A model generated the notes under the pieces. The model searched no databases and had not been told where the DNA came from. It saw nothing but the letters and a program-made list of their open reading frames with translations. A program made the translations under genes and the position numbers. A DNA stretch of 32,000 bases from the NCBI RefSeq assembly GCF_001017655.1, contig NZ_CP010904.1:1260001-1292000 (forward strand). The letters run 5' to 3'. Source of the stretch: Kiritimatiella glycovorans (GTDB lineage Bacteria; Verrucomicrobiota; Kiritimatiellia; Kiritimatiellales; Kiritimatiellaceae). Positions 6,016 through 14,473 of this stretch are shown here, piece by piece (the first letter of the stretch is position 1; every line of letters starts with the position of its first letter).

Positions 6016-7812
6016 TCATTTTTTCCACAGCCGGATCCGTCGTTCGCGCGCGCGGAGGACTTCGCGGTTGGTGCGGCACAACCACGGATCTCGAAACGGG
6101 ATGGATCCCGTCTCGGCGGGGTCCATAAACCTCGGTTCTCCGACACGCGCGGGGTCGGGCGATGCGAGCACGGCGTGCCGCGACTCCAGGTCGCCGACAG
6201 CGAAACCGGCCTGCCGGAGGCCGGCGCACACCGGACGCGAACGGCTGTAGGTCAGCAGCAGGCCGCCCGGCCGGATCAGGCGCCGCAGGATGCGGAAAAA
6301 ATCGACGGTCCACAGCTCGCTGTTGCGCTGCGTAGAGAACGGATCGTGGAAAATCAGGTCGAACGCGCCTGCATCCAGTTGCGGCGCCTTCTCGCGCGCG
6401 CCGCCCCAGTGCATCGCGATGTCGGCCTCCGGCGCGCCCTGCCCGTCGCGCCAATGGCCCGATGTATAAAGCGCACGCAGGATCGCAGCCGGATCCGGAC
6501 AGAGGGAGGCGTCTTCGGGCGGCCGTATATGTTCCGCGGCCCACCGTACGGCTCCGCGGTCTATTTCGAGCGCGTCGACCCGAAACCGCCGCGCCCTGCC
6601 CCGCCGCCGCGCCTCGATCAGCGCCGCAAGGGTGTTGTATCCGAGTCCGAAACAGACATCGAGCACCCTGACCTCGGAACCGTCGAATCCTTCCGGACTG
6701 GCCGGTTCGACGAAACGGGTGCGCGCCTCCCACCACGCCCCGGCCCGACAGTGATAATGCTCGCTGAACTGCGCGTTCCACCGGGTCACACTGCCGTCAT
6801 CGCCGGTCGTACCCGCTTCGTCACCCTTCCCCGCCTCCGTCCCGGAAGAGGTCGCAACCGGACCGATCCTGTCGCCCTGCCGCGCCTCGCGTCCCCGCAT
6901 GAGACGCACGAGGTGTTCCGTGAAAGCCCCCTTATTCATCCGCCAGACCGGAGCGACCCGTTCCTCGCCGGGCGTGTCCGTGCAGAGACGCATGACGGGC
7001 AGGTCCGGCGGAAGACGCCGCAGCGCCTCGAGCAGCAGTTCCGCGTATTCCAGCGGGCCGGGTACGGGGAACGGCCGGCGACGGTATTCCTCCGCCAGCG
7101 CCGTACCTCGAATCACATGCAGGTTATGCAGCTTGACGGCGTCGACCGGCTCCGCGGCCAGGCGTTCAACGGTCTCCATCATACCCTCGAAAGACTCTCC
7201 GGGCAGACCCAGGATGAGGTGCGGGGCCACCCGGAACCCGCGCCGCTTCAGGGCGCGTATCGCCTCCAGGCCGCATTGCGCATCATGACCGCGGCGGATC
7301 CGCCGCAGGGTCGCGTCGTGAAGGCTCTGGATTCCCGGTTCCACCCACACCTCGCGCGGGTGGGCGGGACCGATGCGTCCCTGCGCCAGGTCTTCCAGAA
7401 CATCGAGCACGGGGGGCGGAAGGCAGTCGGGGCGCGCACCCACCGATACGACGTCCGCATCGCAGACCCCCAGGGCGCGCTCAAACAAGCGGCGCTGAAC
7501 CTCCGGCGGAGCGAGCGTCGGAGTCCAGGTCTGGGCGTACAGCCAGAAGCGGGTCCCGCCGTAACGTCCGCGCGCGAACTGCACACCACGCCGGACCTGC
7601 TCTTCGATCCCTGCCGCATGCAGCGTCTGGCGCGCCCGCCCGCCGTGCTCGGCGCAGAACGTGCATCCCCCTGAACCGTCCTCCGCCCGGTGAGGGCAGC
7701 CGGTGCCGAAATCCACGGGAATCCGCTGGAGTGTTCCGCCGTACCGTTCGATCATGAAGTCGCGGTACGTGCGGAAGGGCGGCGGATCGCTGGTCGGCGG
7801 CTTGCTCATCAC
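6016..7812 (-). CDS. Fusion protein: N-terminal TIGR01212/YhcC-YtqA-type radical SAM domain and C-terminal MnmC-type SAM-dependent methyltransferase domain
   Basis: 598-aa ORF. The N-terminus has the atypical cluster motif GCPHRAEDGSGGCTFC characteristic of the TIGR01212 family. The C-terminal ~250 aa are collinear with the E. coli MnmC methyltransferase domain: FSEHYHCRAGAWWEARTRFV, VLDVCFGLGYN, FDLIFHDPFSTQRNSELW, RPGGLLLTYSRSRPVCAGLRQAGFAV. Confidence 0.85.
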   Translation of the reverse strand: MMSKPPTSDPPPFRTYRDFMIERYGGTLQRIPVDFGTGCPHRAEDGSGGCTFCAEHGGRARQTLHAAGIEEQVRRGVQFARGRYGGTRFWLYAQTWTPTLAPPEVQRRLFERALGVCDADVVSVGARPDCLPPPVLDVLEDLAQGRIGPAHPREVWVEPGIQSLHDATLRRIRRGHDAQCGLEAIRALKRRGFRVAPHLILGLPGESFEGMMETVERLAAEPVDAVKLHNLHVIRGTALAEEYRRRPFPVPGPLEYAELLLEALRRLPPDLPVMRLCTDTPGEERVAPVWRMNKGAFTEHLVRLMRGREARQGDRIGPVATSSGTEAGKGDEAGTTGDDGSVTRWNAQFSEHYHCRAGAWWEARTRFVEPASPEGFDGSEVRVLDVCFGLGYNTLAALIEARRRGRARRFRVDALEIDRGAVRWAAEHIRPPEDASLCPDPAAILRALYTSGHWRDGQGAPEADIAMHWGGAREKAPQLDAGAFDLIFHDPFSTQRNSELWTVDFFRILRRLIRPGGLLLTYSRSRPVCAGLRQAGFAVGDLESRHAVLASPDPARVGEPRFMDPAETGSIPFRDPWLCRTNREVLRARERRIRLWKK

Positions 7813-7888
7813 ATGCTCAGATTACACCCGGCGCCGCGGAGTGAAACCCCGGACGACCCGGAAAAACGTTCTCGCCCGGCCCACGGAC

Positions 7889-8296
7889 TCAGGGATAACG
7901 CGTAGTAGAGCGGCTGTCGGGGGCATACGGCCGGCGGAAGGCCTCGTCGAAATCGTATCCCCCCTCAAAATCGCGAAGGCTGTCTTCCTCGGTCTTTCCG
8001 AGCATGCCCGCCTCGACCATATTGAACACGATATGCCCGAAATCGATGCAGGAATGCACGCCCCAGTGGTTCAGCACCCTTTTGGCCATCGGCCCGTATT
8101 CCTGCAGCGCGTACTCCCGGAGTCCGTCCAGCAGTTCAGCCCCGCTGATATGGCGCCCGGGCCCTTCCGCCGGCCGTTCGAGCTTCCGGGCCGTAAACGA
8201 CAACCCCTCCTGAACGAACCGGTACGCCTCCTCCGAGTAACGCGGGTCGTCCAGGAGCATCTGTCTCAGGGCCTCTTCGGGATTCGTCGGCTTCAT
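7889..8296 (-). CDS. Conserved hypothetical protein (possibly the Minf_1886/TIGR04138-like family; family assignment from memory only)
   Basis: 135-aa ORF with coding-like GC3. The start ATG (8296-8294) lies 1 nt after the hppA stop (8300-8298), implying co-transcription and translational coupling. Confidence 0.65.
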   Translation of the reverse strand: MKPTNPEEALRQMLLDDPRYSEEAYRFVQEGLSFTARKLERPAEGPGRHISGAELLDGLREYALQEYGPMAKRVLNHWGVHSCIDFGHIVFNMVEAGMLGKTEEDSLRDFEGGYDFDEAFRRPYAPDSRSTTRYP

Positions 8297-8297
8297 C

Positions 8298-10583
8298 TCA
8301 CTTCAGTATCTGCGGCGCGATGTTCAGCCATTCCTGGATCGCGGGCGAAAACTTCACCACCACCGGCGTGAAGACCACGCTGACCATCGTCATCAGTTTG
8401 ATCAGGATGTTCAGCGAAGGACCGCTGGTATCCTTGCAGGGGTCGCCGACCGTGTCGCCGACCACCCCCGCCTTATGGGCGTCGGAACCCTTGCCTCCGT
8501 GCGCGCCCTCCTCGATATACTTCTTCGCGTTGTCCCACGCCCCGCCCGCGTTGTTCAGCATGTTCGCCAGCACGTAACCGGTGGTCAGTCCGCCGGCGAG
8601 CAGACCCAGCACGCCGGGTACGCCGAGCACGAGTCCTCCGGCGATCGGCACGACGATCGCGAGCAGCGAGGGCACGATCATCTCCCGCTGGGCGCCGCGG
8701 GTGGAGATCTCCACACAGCGCGCGTAATCGGGTTTTCCGGTACCCTCCAGGATGCCCTCGATCTCGTTGAACTGGCGGCGGACCTCGTCGCCCATCAGGC
8801 CGGCCGCCCGCCCCACGGCCTTCATGGTCATCGCGCAGAACACGAACGCCATCATGGCGCCCAGAAAGATGCCGCAGATCAGCAGCGGATTCATGATATG
8901 CAGCTCGTAGATCTCCACGAAATCCATGATTTCGAGATGCGTCGTCTCGCCCTGCACTCCGAACTTGGCCGCCACGTCCGGCAGACGCCCGATCCACAGT
9001 TTCACCTCGTCGATGTACGCCGCCAGCAGCGCCATCGCGGTCAGCGCGGCCGATCCGATCGCGAACCCTTTACCCGTCGCCGCCGTGGTATTGCCGAGCG
9101 AATCGAGCGCATCGGTTTTCCGGCGCACGTCCGGGGGAAGACCGCACATCTCGGCATTGCCTCCGGCGTTATCGGCGATCGGACCGTAGGCGTCCGTAGC
9201 CAGGGTGATGCCCAGCGTGGCAAGCATGCCGACCGCGGCGAACCCGATCCCGTAAAGCCCCATCCCGATATTTGAAAAACCGTCGGCGAATCCGAACGCG
9301 CAGATAATGCCGAGCACGATCGTGATCACGGGAATGCCCGCCGACATCATACCCACGGCCAGTCCGTCGATGATCGTCGTGGCCGGACCCATGCGCGCCT
9401 GCTCGGCGATACCCCGGGTCGGCTTGTATTCCGCCGAGGTGAAGAATTCAGTCGACTGTCCGATAATCACTCCCGCGACCAGTCCGGCAACCACCGAGAA
9501 CACCACGCCCAGCGGAATCATTCCCGCGGCATAGATTCCGAAGAGCGCCACGACGATGAGCGCCGAGCTGGTGAGCGTACCCGTCGCCAGGGCCCGAAGC
9601 AGCTGCTTCTGGGAGGCACCCTCCTTGCAGCGCACGAGAAACACGCCGAAGATCGAGAGCAGAACGCCGATCCCGGCCACGATCATCGGGGCGGTCACCA
9701 TCCCGACCGCCTCGCCGATGTCGCGGCGCACGCCGACCGACGCCCCGAGCGCCATGGTGGCCAGGATCGAGCCGCAGTACGATTCGTACAGGTCGGCTCC
9801 CATACCCGCCACGTCGCCCACGTTGTCGCCCACGTTGTCGGCGATCGTCGCCGGATTGCGCGGGTCGTCCTCGGGAATACCCGCTTCGACCTTTCCTACC
9901 AGGTCGGCGCCGATGTCGGCCGCCTTGGTGTAAATCCCGCCGCCCACACGGGCGAAGAGCGCCTGCGTCGAGGCCCCCATGCCGAACGTGATCATGGTGG
10001 TGGTCATCTCGACCAGCTTCTGCGACGCGGTGGTGCCCTCCTCGACCAGTGTCATGCCGAAGAGATGCAGTCCGTGGGCCATGTTGGCGGGGGTGTAGAC
10101 CAGGCGGTCGAGGATCAGGTACCACAGGCAGATGTCGAGCAGCCCGAAGCCGACGACCACCAGACCCATGACGGCCCCGGAGCGGAAGGCCACCTTGAGG
10201 CCCTTGTTCAATCCCTCCCGGCAGCCCTGCGCCGTGCGGGAGGAGGCCGACGTGGCCGTGCGCATGCCGATGTACCCGCACAGTCCCGAAAAGAAACCGC
10301 CCGTCAGAAAGGCCACCGGCACAAACGGATTCTGGATGTGAAAGACGGCGAGCACGCCCAGCAGCAGGAAAAGCACGGCGAATACCTTGATCACCACACC
10401 GTACTGGCGCCGGATATAGGCCATCGCCCCTTCGCGCACGTAACCCGCGATGCGCTGCATGTCCTCGTTGCCCGCCGGTGACTTGAACATGTCGTGATGA
10501 AAGTAGCCTGCGAACACGAGCGCCAGCACGGAAGCCGCGGGCGCAAACCACCAGAACCAGGGAGTCACGAATAGTTGATCCAT
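8298..10583 (-). CDS. hppA: Membrane-bound ion-translocating pyrophosphatase
   Basis: 761-aa polytopic ORF with hallmark motifs [66 protein letters not shown]. Confidence 0.95.
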   Translation of the reverse strand: MDQLFVTPWFWWFAPAASVLALVFAGYFHHDMFKSPAGNEDMQRIAGYVREGAMAYIRRQYGVVIKVFAVLFLLLGVLAVFHIQNPFVPVAFLTGGFFSGLCGYIGMRTATSASSRTAQGCREGLNKGLKVAFRSGAVMGLVVVGFGLLDICLWYLILDRLVYTPANMAHGLHLFGMTLVEEGTTASQKLVEMTTTMITFGMGASTQALFARVGGGIYTKAADIGADLVGKVEAGIPEDDPRNPATIADNVGDNVGDVAGMGADLYESYCGSILATMALGASVGVRRDIGEAVGMVTAPMIVAGIGVLLSIFGVFLVRCKEGASQKQLLRALATGTLTSSALIVVALFGIYAAGMIPLGVVFSVVAGLVAGVIIGQSTEFFTSAEYKPTRGIAEQARMGPATTIIDGLAVGMMSAGIPVITIVLGIICAFGFADGFSNIGMGLYGIGFAAVGMLATLGITLATDAYGPIADNAGGNAEMCGLPPDVRRKTDALDSLGNTTAATGKGFAIGSAALTAMALLAAYIDEVKLWIGRLPDVAAKFGVQGETTHLEIMDFVEIYELHIMNPLLICGIFLGAMMAFVFCAMTMKAVGRAAGLMGDEVRRQFNEIEGILEGTGKPDYARCVEISTRGAQREMIVPSLLAIVVPIAGGLVLGVPGVLGLLAGGLTTGYVLANMLNNAGGAWDNAKKYIEEGAHGGKGSDAHKAGVVGDTVGDPCKDTSGPSLNILIKLMTMVSVVFTPVVVKFSPAIQEWLNIAPQILK

Positions 10584-10803
10584 TTTATCACCTTTTTCTG
10601 CGGACTGTTATCCTGCTCTTAATCTCCGGGAACCGCCGGAGGATCGATTGTCGGCGGATAATATATTAATGATCTCAAAAGTGGTGACAAACGTAATCGT
10701 TCAGAAGTACGACTCCGATCCTCTTGCCAGAGTGCGTGTGCGCGGATAGGGTTGCTTTTTTGAGGAAGAACCTTACACGCCTACAGGAAGGGGTCTATTG
10801 TTC

Positions 10804-11835
10804 ATGAGCGACCAGAACAACTCCGCATACGCCCGCGCCGGCGTCAGCATCGACACGATGGATGAGGCCCTGAAGAGGGTCGGTCGGCAGGTGAAGTCGA
10901 CCCACACGGAGGGCGTCGTCCCCGCACCCGGCGCGTTCGGCGGCCTGTTCCGTTCGCCGGGCCGCGACTCGCTGCTCGTCAGTTCGGTCGACGGCGTGGG
11001 CACCAAACTCAAGGTCGCCGCCATGGCGGGGCGACATGACACCGTAGGCCGCGACCTGGTCAATCACTGCGTCAACGATATCCTCACCCAGGGCGCACGG
11101 CCGCTTTTCTTCCTCGATTACCTGGGAACCGCCCGACTGGAACCGGGCGTGTTCAATGACGTGATACGGGGATTCTCACGCGCCTGCCGCGAAAACGGCT
11201 GCGCCCTGCTCGGCGGCGAGACGGCGGAGATGCCCGGCCTCTATCCCGAGGGCGAATACGACCTCGTGGGAGCCATCGTGGGTGCGGTCGAGAAGAAGAA
11301 GCGGATTACCGGCAGGGATATACGGCCGGGCGATGTATTGATCGGTCTGCCTTCCACGGGCCTCCACACCAACGGCTACACCCTGGCCCGCCACGTCATC
11401 TTCGAGCAGGCGGGCAGGAAGCCGGACGACCTGCTGCCCGGAACCCGGACCACGTTTGCCGAGGCCCTGCTGCGCGTTCACCGGAGTTATCTGCGCCCGG
11501 TTACGCAACTGATGGAGTCCGTCACGCTGCGCGGGATCGCCCATCTCACCGGCGGCGGGTTCATCGACAACATCCCGCGCATCCTGCCCGGGGAAGTCGA
11601 CGCGGTTGTGGAGCGCGGAACCTGGCGCATACCGCCGATCTTTGAATTCATGGCCGAAGCCGGCGAGGTGAGCGAAGACGAAATGTACCGCGTCTTCAAC
11701 ATGGGAATCGGCATGGTCCTGATCGTCCGCCCCGAGGAGGCCGAGCACGCGCTTACACAACTGAGGGAGATGAAGGCCGGAGCAAAAAGGATCGGGACCG
11801 TCGAATCCGGTCGCGGACACACGCGACTCGTATGA
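10804..11835 (+). CDS. purM: Phosphoribosylformylglycinamidine cyclo-ligase (AIR synthetase)
   Basis: PurM-like over the full length: YARAGVSID, VDGVGTKLK, DLVNHCVNDIL, FLDYL, GGETAEMPG, GLHTNGYTLAR, AHLTGGGF, FNMGIGMVLIV. ATG at 10804 is preferred over the TTG at 10798 used by the ORF track. Confidence 0.93.
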   Translation: MSDQNNSAYARAGVSIDTMDEALKRVGRQVKSTHTEGVVPAPGAFGGLFRSPGRDSLLVSSVDGVGTKLKVAAMAGRHDTVGRDLVNHCVNDILTQGARPLFFLDYLGTARLEPGVFNDVIRGFSRACRENGCALLGGETAEMPGLYPEGEYDLVGAIVGAVEKKKRITGRDIRPGDVLIGLPSTGLHTNGYTLARHVIFEQAGRKPDDLLPGTRTTFAEALLRVHRSYLRPVTQLMESVTLRGIAHLTGGGFIDNIPRILPGEVDAVVERGTWRIPPIFEFMAEAGEVSEDEMYRVFNMGIGMVLIVRPEEAEHALTQLREMKAGAKRIGTVESGRGHTRLV

Positions 11836-11910
11836 AAGTGTGCTTTCCATCGACGCAGTCTCAAAAAAGGGAAGGAACCCCATGAAGACAGCCATTCGGT
11901 TTATTTTAGT

Positions 11911-11942
11911 GTTCCCCGGACGCCGGCAGGCGTCCGGGGAAC
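11911..11942. other. Perfect 14-bp GC-rich hairpin between the convergent purM and the 12016-12426 gene
   Basis: GTTCCCCGGACGCC-GGCA-GGCGTCCGGGGAAC. No U-tract follows on either strand, so a role as an intrinsic terminator is uncertain. Confidence 0.5.
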
Positions 11943-12015
11943 GTGCAGATCACCAGTGGCCGGAGCGCAGCGTAGACCGTCTGGTGCATCTGTCTTGTTC
12001 TGCTCTCATCTGCTT

Positions 12016-12426
12016 TTACCCGAGTGCCTTGAGCGCCTTCTCGTTGATGATTCCCTTCTCTGACGCGAGGAAGGCGAAGAACTTCTTCAGTGCTACCCGT
12101 AGGTCGTCGGGTGTACTTGAGTCCCAGACCTTTCGCTTCCACCACGCCCGGAAATGGCTGTTGACCATTCCACGGGTGATTTCCGAAATGTCCTGTACGT
12201 CAGTGTAGCGGCAAATGAACTCCACGAACATCTCGATAATGGAGGCGTGTTTCCGGGCCGTGCGTTCACTGTAGCGGTCGGCCAGATGGTCATAGAAATC
12301 GGCCTGAAGCGCCATCAGATGCTCTCGGAAGGGAGCGCGCTCCTTCTCGGCTGCCTTCATCAACTCGAAATACTCTTGGAGTTTGTCCCCTGGGATAGAC
12401 ACCCTTCCCGTGTAGACTTTGGCCAT
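12016..12426 (-). CDS. Hypothetical protein resembling a stand-alone tyrosine-recombinase N-terminal (SAM-like/core-binding) domain
   Basis: 136-aa ORF. RBS AGGAGA lies 6 nt upstream of the ATG. The pattern TARKHASIIEMFVEFICRYTDVQDISEITRGMVNSHF...LRVALKKFFAFLASEKGII fits core-binding-domain spacing. No catalytic domain follows. GC looks lower than in the flanks. Confidence 0.55.
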   Translation of the reverse strand: MAKVYTGRVSIPGDKLQEYFELMKAAEKERAPFREHLMALQADFYDHLADRYSERTARKHASIIEMFVEFICRYTDVQDISEITRGMVNSHFRAWWKRKVWDSSTPDDLRVALKKFFAFLASEKGIINEKALKALG

Positions 12427-12608
12427 CGGTTATCTCCTGGCGTGGTTTTGTTTCGTGCAGAACGCCTGAGGCACCTGCCGGTGAGGAGCGTAGCGGATCA
12501 CCGGTCAGGTGAACTCAGATGTTGTGTGCCGGGCGTGCCCGGCTGCTTACTGGTGCTGTCTGGAATACAATGACCCCTGTTCCGGACAAAGTCCAGTCCC
12601 AGGCGTCG

Positions 12609-12752
12609 CAGCGATTCTCATTATGGCTTCACCCTTTTCGGTCGGGGTGGCACCCGACCCTCCCAGTGCCCGAAAATGCGTCGGATATCGACTCGGGAGG
12701 GACGGCTGCCACGCCGTCCGCGGTCGGAATGCGGCCATAATGAGAACTGCTG
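12609..12752 (+). mobile_element. 144-bp MITE-like element, copy 2 (no target-site duplication)
   Basis: 143/144 identical to copy 1 and to copy 3. The flanks CAGGCGTCG and TTTGATTAT do not match each other. Confidence 0.85.
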
Positions 12753-12964
12753 TTTGATTATTGGTTGCTCTGCGACCGTCTGAGCTGTACCCTTATTCAT
12801 GGAGCGTATCCTTTCTCCCGGCTACTACCGGGGTGTTCTGATCTCGTGAATCAGAAGGATACGCTCTTCTCTTACTCATCCACAACTTTCGGTTATACCT
12901 CCCCCTTGGACAAGTTGAACCGTCTGCAGCAGGAGATGTTTTCCGTGACTGGCTGCGTGGTGAA

Positions 12965-14437
12965 ATGCGAACCCTGATCGCCGATATTCTGGCTGAAGAG
13001 GTCACAGAACTGTGTGGTCCGGCCTACAAGCCGGCAGGGGACAGAGGCTGCCGACGTGCCGGCGGAACCCGCGTAGGACTTCGAATTGACGGTATTGATG
13101 AGGAGATCCGCAAGCCGCGTGTACGTCGCCATGAGGCAGACACATCGAAGGAGGTCAGGCTTAAAAGTTACGACGCGGTCAACAGGGCCGACGACCTTCG
13201 TGACCGTATCTTGCGTGCCACAGCTGCCGGAGTCAGTTCACGTGATCAGAAAACCTTGTATCCCGATTCAGCGCCCGGACGCAGCAGGGTTTCCCGCGCC
13301 TGGATTGTCGAGGGCCGACAGCGCATACAGAAGCTCCGTGACCGCGACCTGAAGTCCGAGAGGTTCTTCTGCATGCTGCTGGACGGCATTGTACTGTCCG
13401 AGGATCTCAGCGCCATTGTGGGGCTGGGCATTACGCTGGACGGCCGCAAAGTTATGCTGGATTTTGAAATAGGCGCACAGGAATCGACAGAAGTGTGTGA
13501 CGCATTGCTCGACCGCAGCCGTTCTCATTATGGCCGCATTCCGACCGCGGACGGCGTGGCAGCCGTCCCTCCCGAGTCGATATCCGACGCATTTTCGGGC
13601 ACTGGGAGGGTCGGGTGCCACCCCGACCGAAAAGGGTGAAGCCATAATGAGAATCGCTGGCTCGACCGGCTTGTCCACCGCGGTCTTGAGTTCGAGGGCG
13701 ATCCGTTGGCGGTTCTCGACGGTTCTCGGGCACTTCATAACAGCGTCTTGAAGCATTTTCCGCGAGCGCGCATTCAACGATGCCTGGTGCATAAGGAACG
13801 AAATATTAAGCGTTGTCTCTCCAGGCGTCATCACGGCAGCGTGAGCGACGTTTTCAAGCGTCTCCGCTCCGTGGAAGGCGAAGAAGCCGGACGTGAAGCA
13901 CTCGCCGATCCGGAACGCTTTCTGAGCCGGCACAGCCACAAGGCCCTGGAATCCCTGCACGAGGCCGGTGAGGAGCTCATTACGGTTCACAAGCTGAATG
14001 CGCCGTCCACTCTACACACCACGTTGACGAACACAAACTGCATCGAGAACCCGTTCCGAAACACACGCGCAAAAATCGGGCGGGTGAAGCGTTGGCGCGC
14101 AGAGACGGATCAGGCGGAACGCTGGCTGGCCTATTCGCTTCCGACAGCCGAGAAAGGGTTCCGTCGAATCAAAGGCTATCGTCAGATCCCGGTGCTTTTG
14201 AAATCCCTGGGCTGGCCATCGGAAGCTGTTGAGGCGTCGCTCCGCTCCGCCCTTGGCCCTCCGGGCCATCCCGCCTCCGGCGGGAACGGGCTCCACTCCA
14301 CGACGCCTCACCCCCAGGCAGAGAGCGAAGCGAACTGCCGAACAGGGACTGGACAAGAGAATGACAAGGAACTACATCGAAATGAAGACCGAGACCGCCA
14401 ACGAGTTTCAACAGGATTCGGGACATCCCCGAGGTAG
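12965..14437 (+). pseudogene. IS256/Mutator-family transposase gene interrupted by a MITE insertion
   Basis: The two ORFs (12965-13639 and 13706-14437) are in the same frame. Removing 153 bp (the element plus one 9-bp duplication) restores ...EVCDALLDRLVHRGLEFEGDPLAVLDGSRAL.... Family motifs present: LLDGI, GITLDG, ESTE, RGL, DG, FPRARIQRCLVHKERN, TNCIEN. The insertion brings an in-frame TGA at 13637-13639. Confidence 0.85.
13516..13659 (-). mobile_element. 144-bp MITE-like element, copy 3 (inverted orientation, inside the transposase gene)
   Basis: Perfect 9-bp target-site duplication GCTCGACCG at 13507-13515 and 13660-13668. 143/144 identical to copy 2. Confidence 0.9.
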
Positions 14438-14473
14438 TATGCCCCTTCTATAAGGACTTATCTCATCGATGAT

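Larger units (their letters stand above)
12791..14455 (+). mobile_element. IS256-family insertion sequence (boundaries tentative)
   Basis: Contains the Mutator/IS256-type transposase gene. Candidate imperfect inverted repeats: CCTTATTCATGGAGCGTATCC (from 12791) against the reverse complement of the right end, CCTTATAGAAGGGGCATACTACC (ending at 14455). No flanking direct repeat could be confirmed. Confidence 0.4.

Noticed and set aside
5875-7674. 599-aa ORF on the plus strand (also 5987-6781 minus, 264 aa)
   Set aside because: Antisense to, or out of frame with, the well-supported radical SAM-MnmC fusion gene. Composition is low-complexity and Arg/Pro/Ala-rich.
9448-10551. 367-aa alternative-frame ORF inside hppA (and other ORFs at 8473-10481)
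   Set aside because: Out of frame with, or antisense to, the unambiguous pyrophosphatase gene. Arg/Gly-rich artefacts.
10584-10803. Possible purine/ZTP-type riboswitch upstream of purM
   Set aside because: I looked for the ZTP (pfl) core and the CCGCCTGGGC-type pseudoknot segment, and for purine-riboswitch junction motifs. I found none, so there is only ordinary divergent promoter space.
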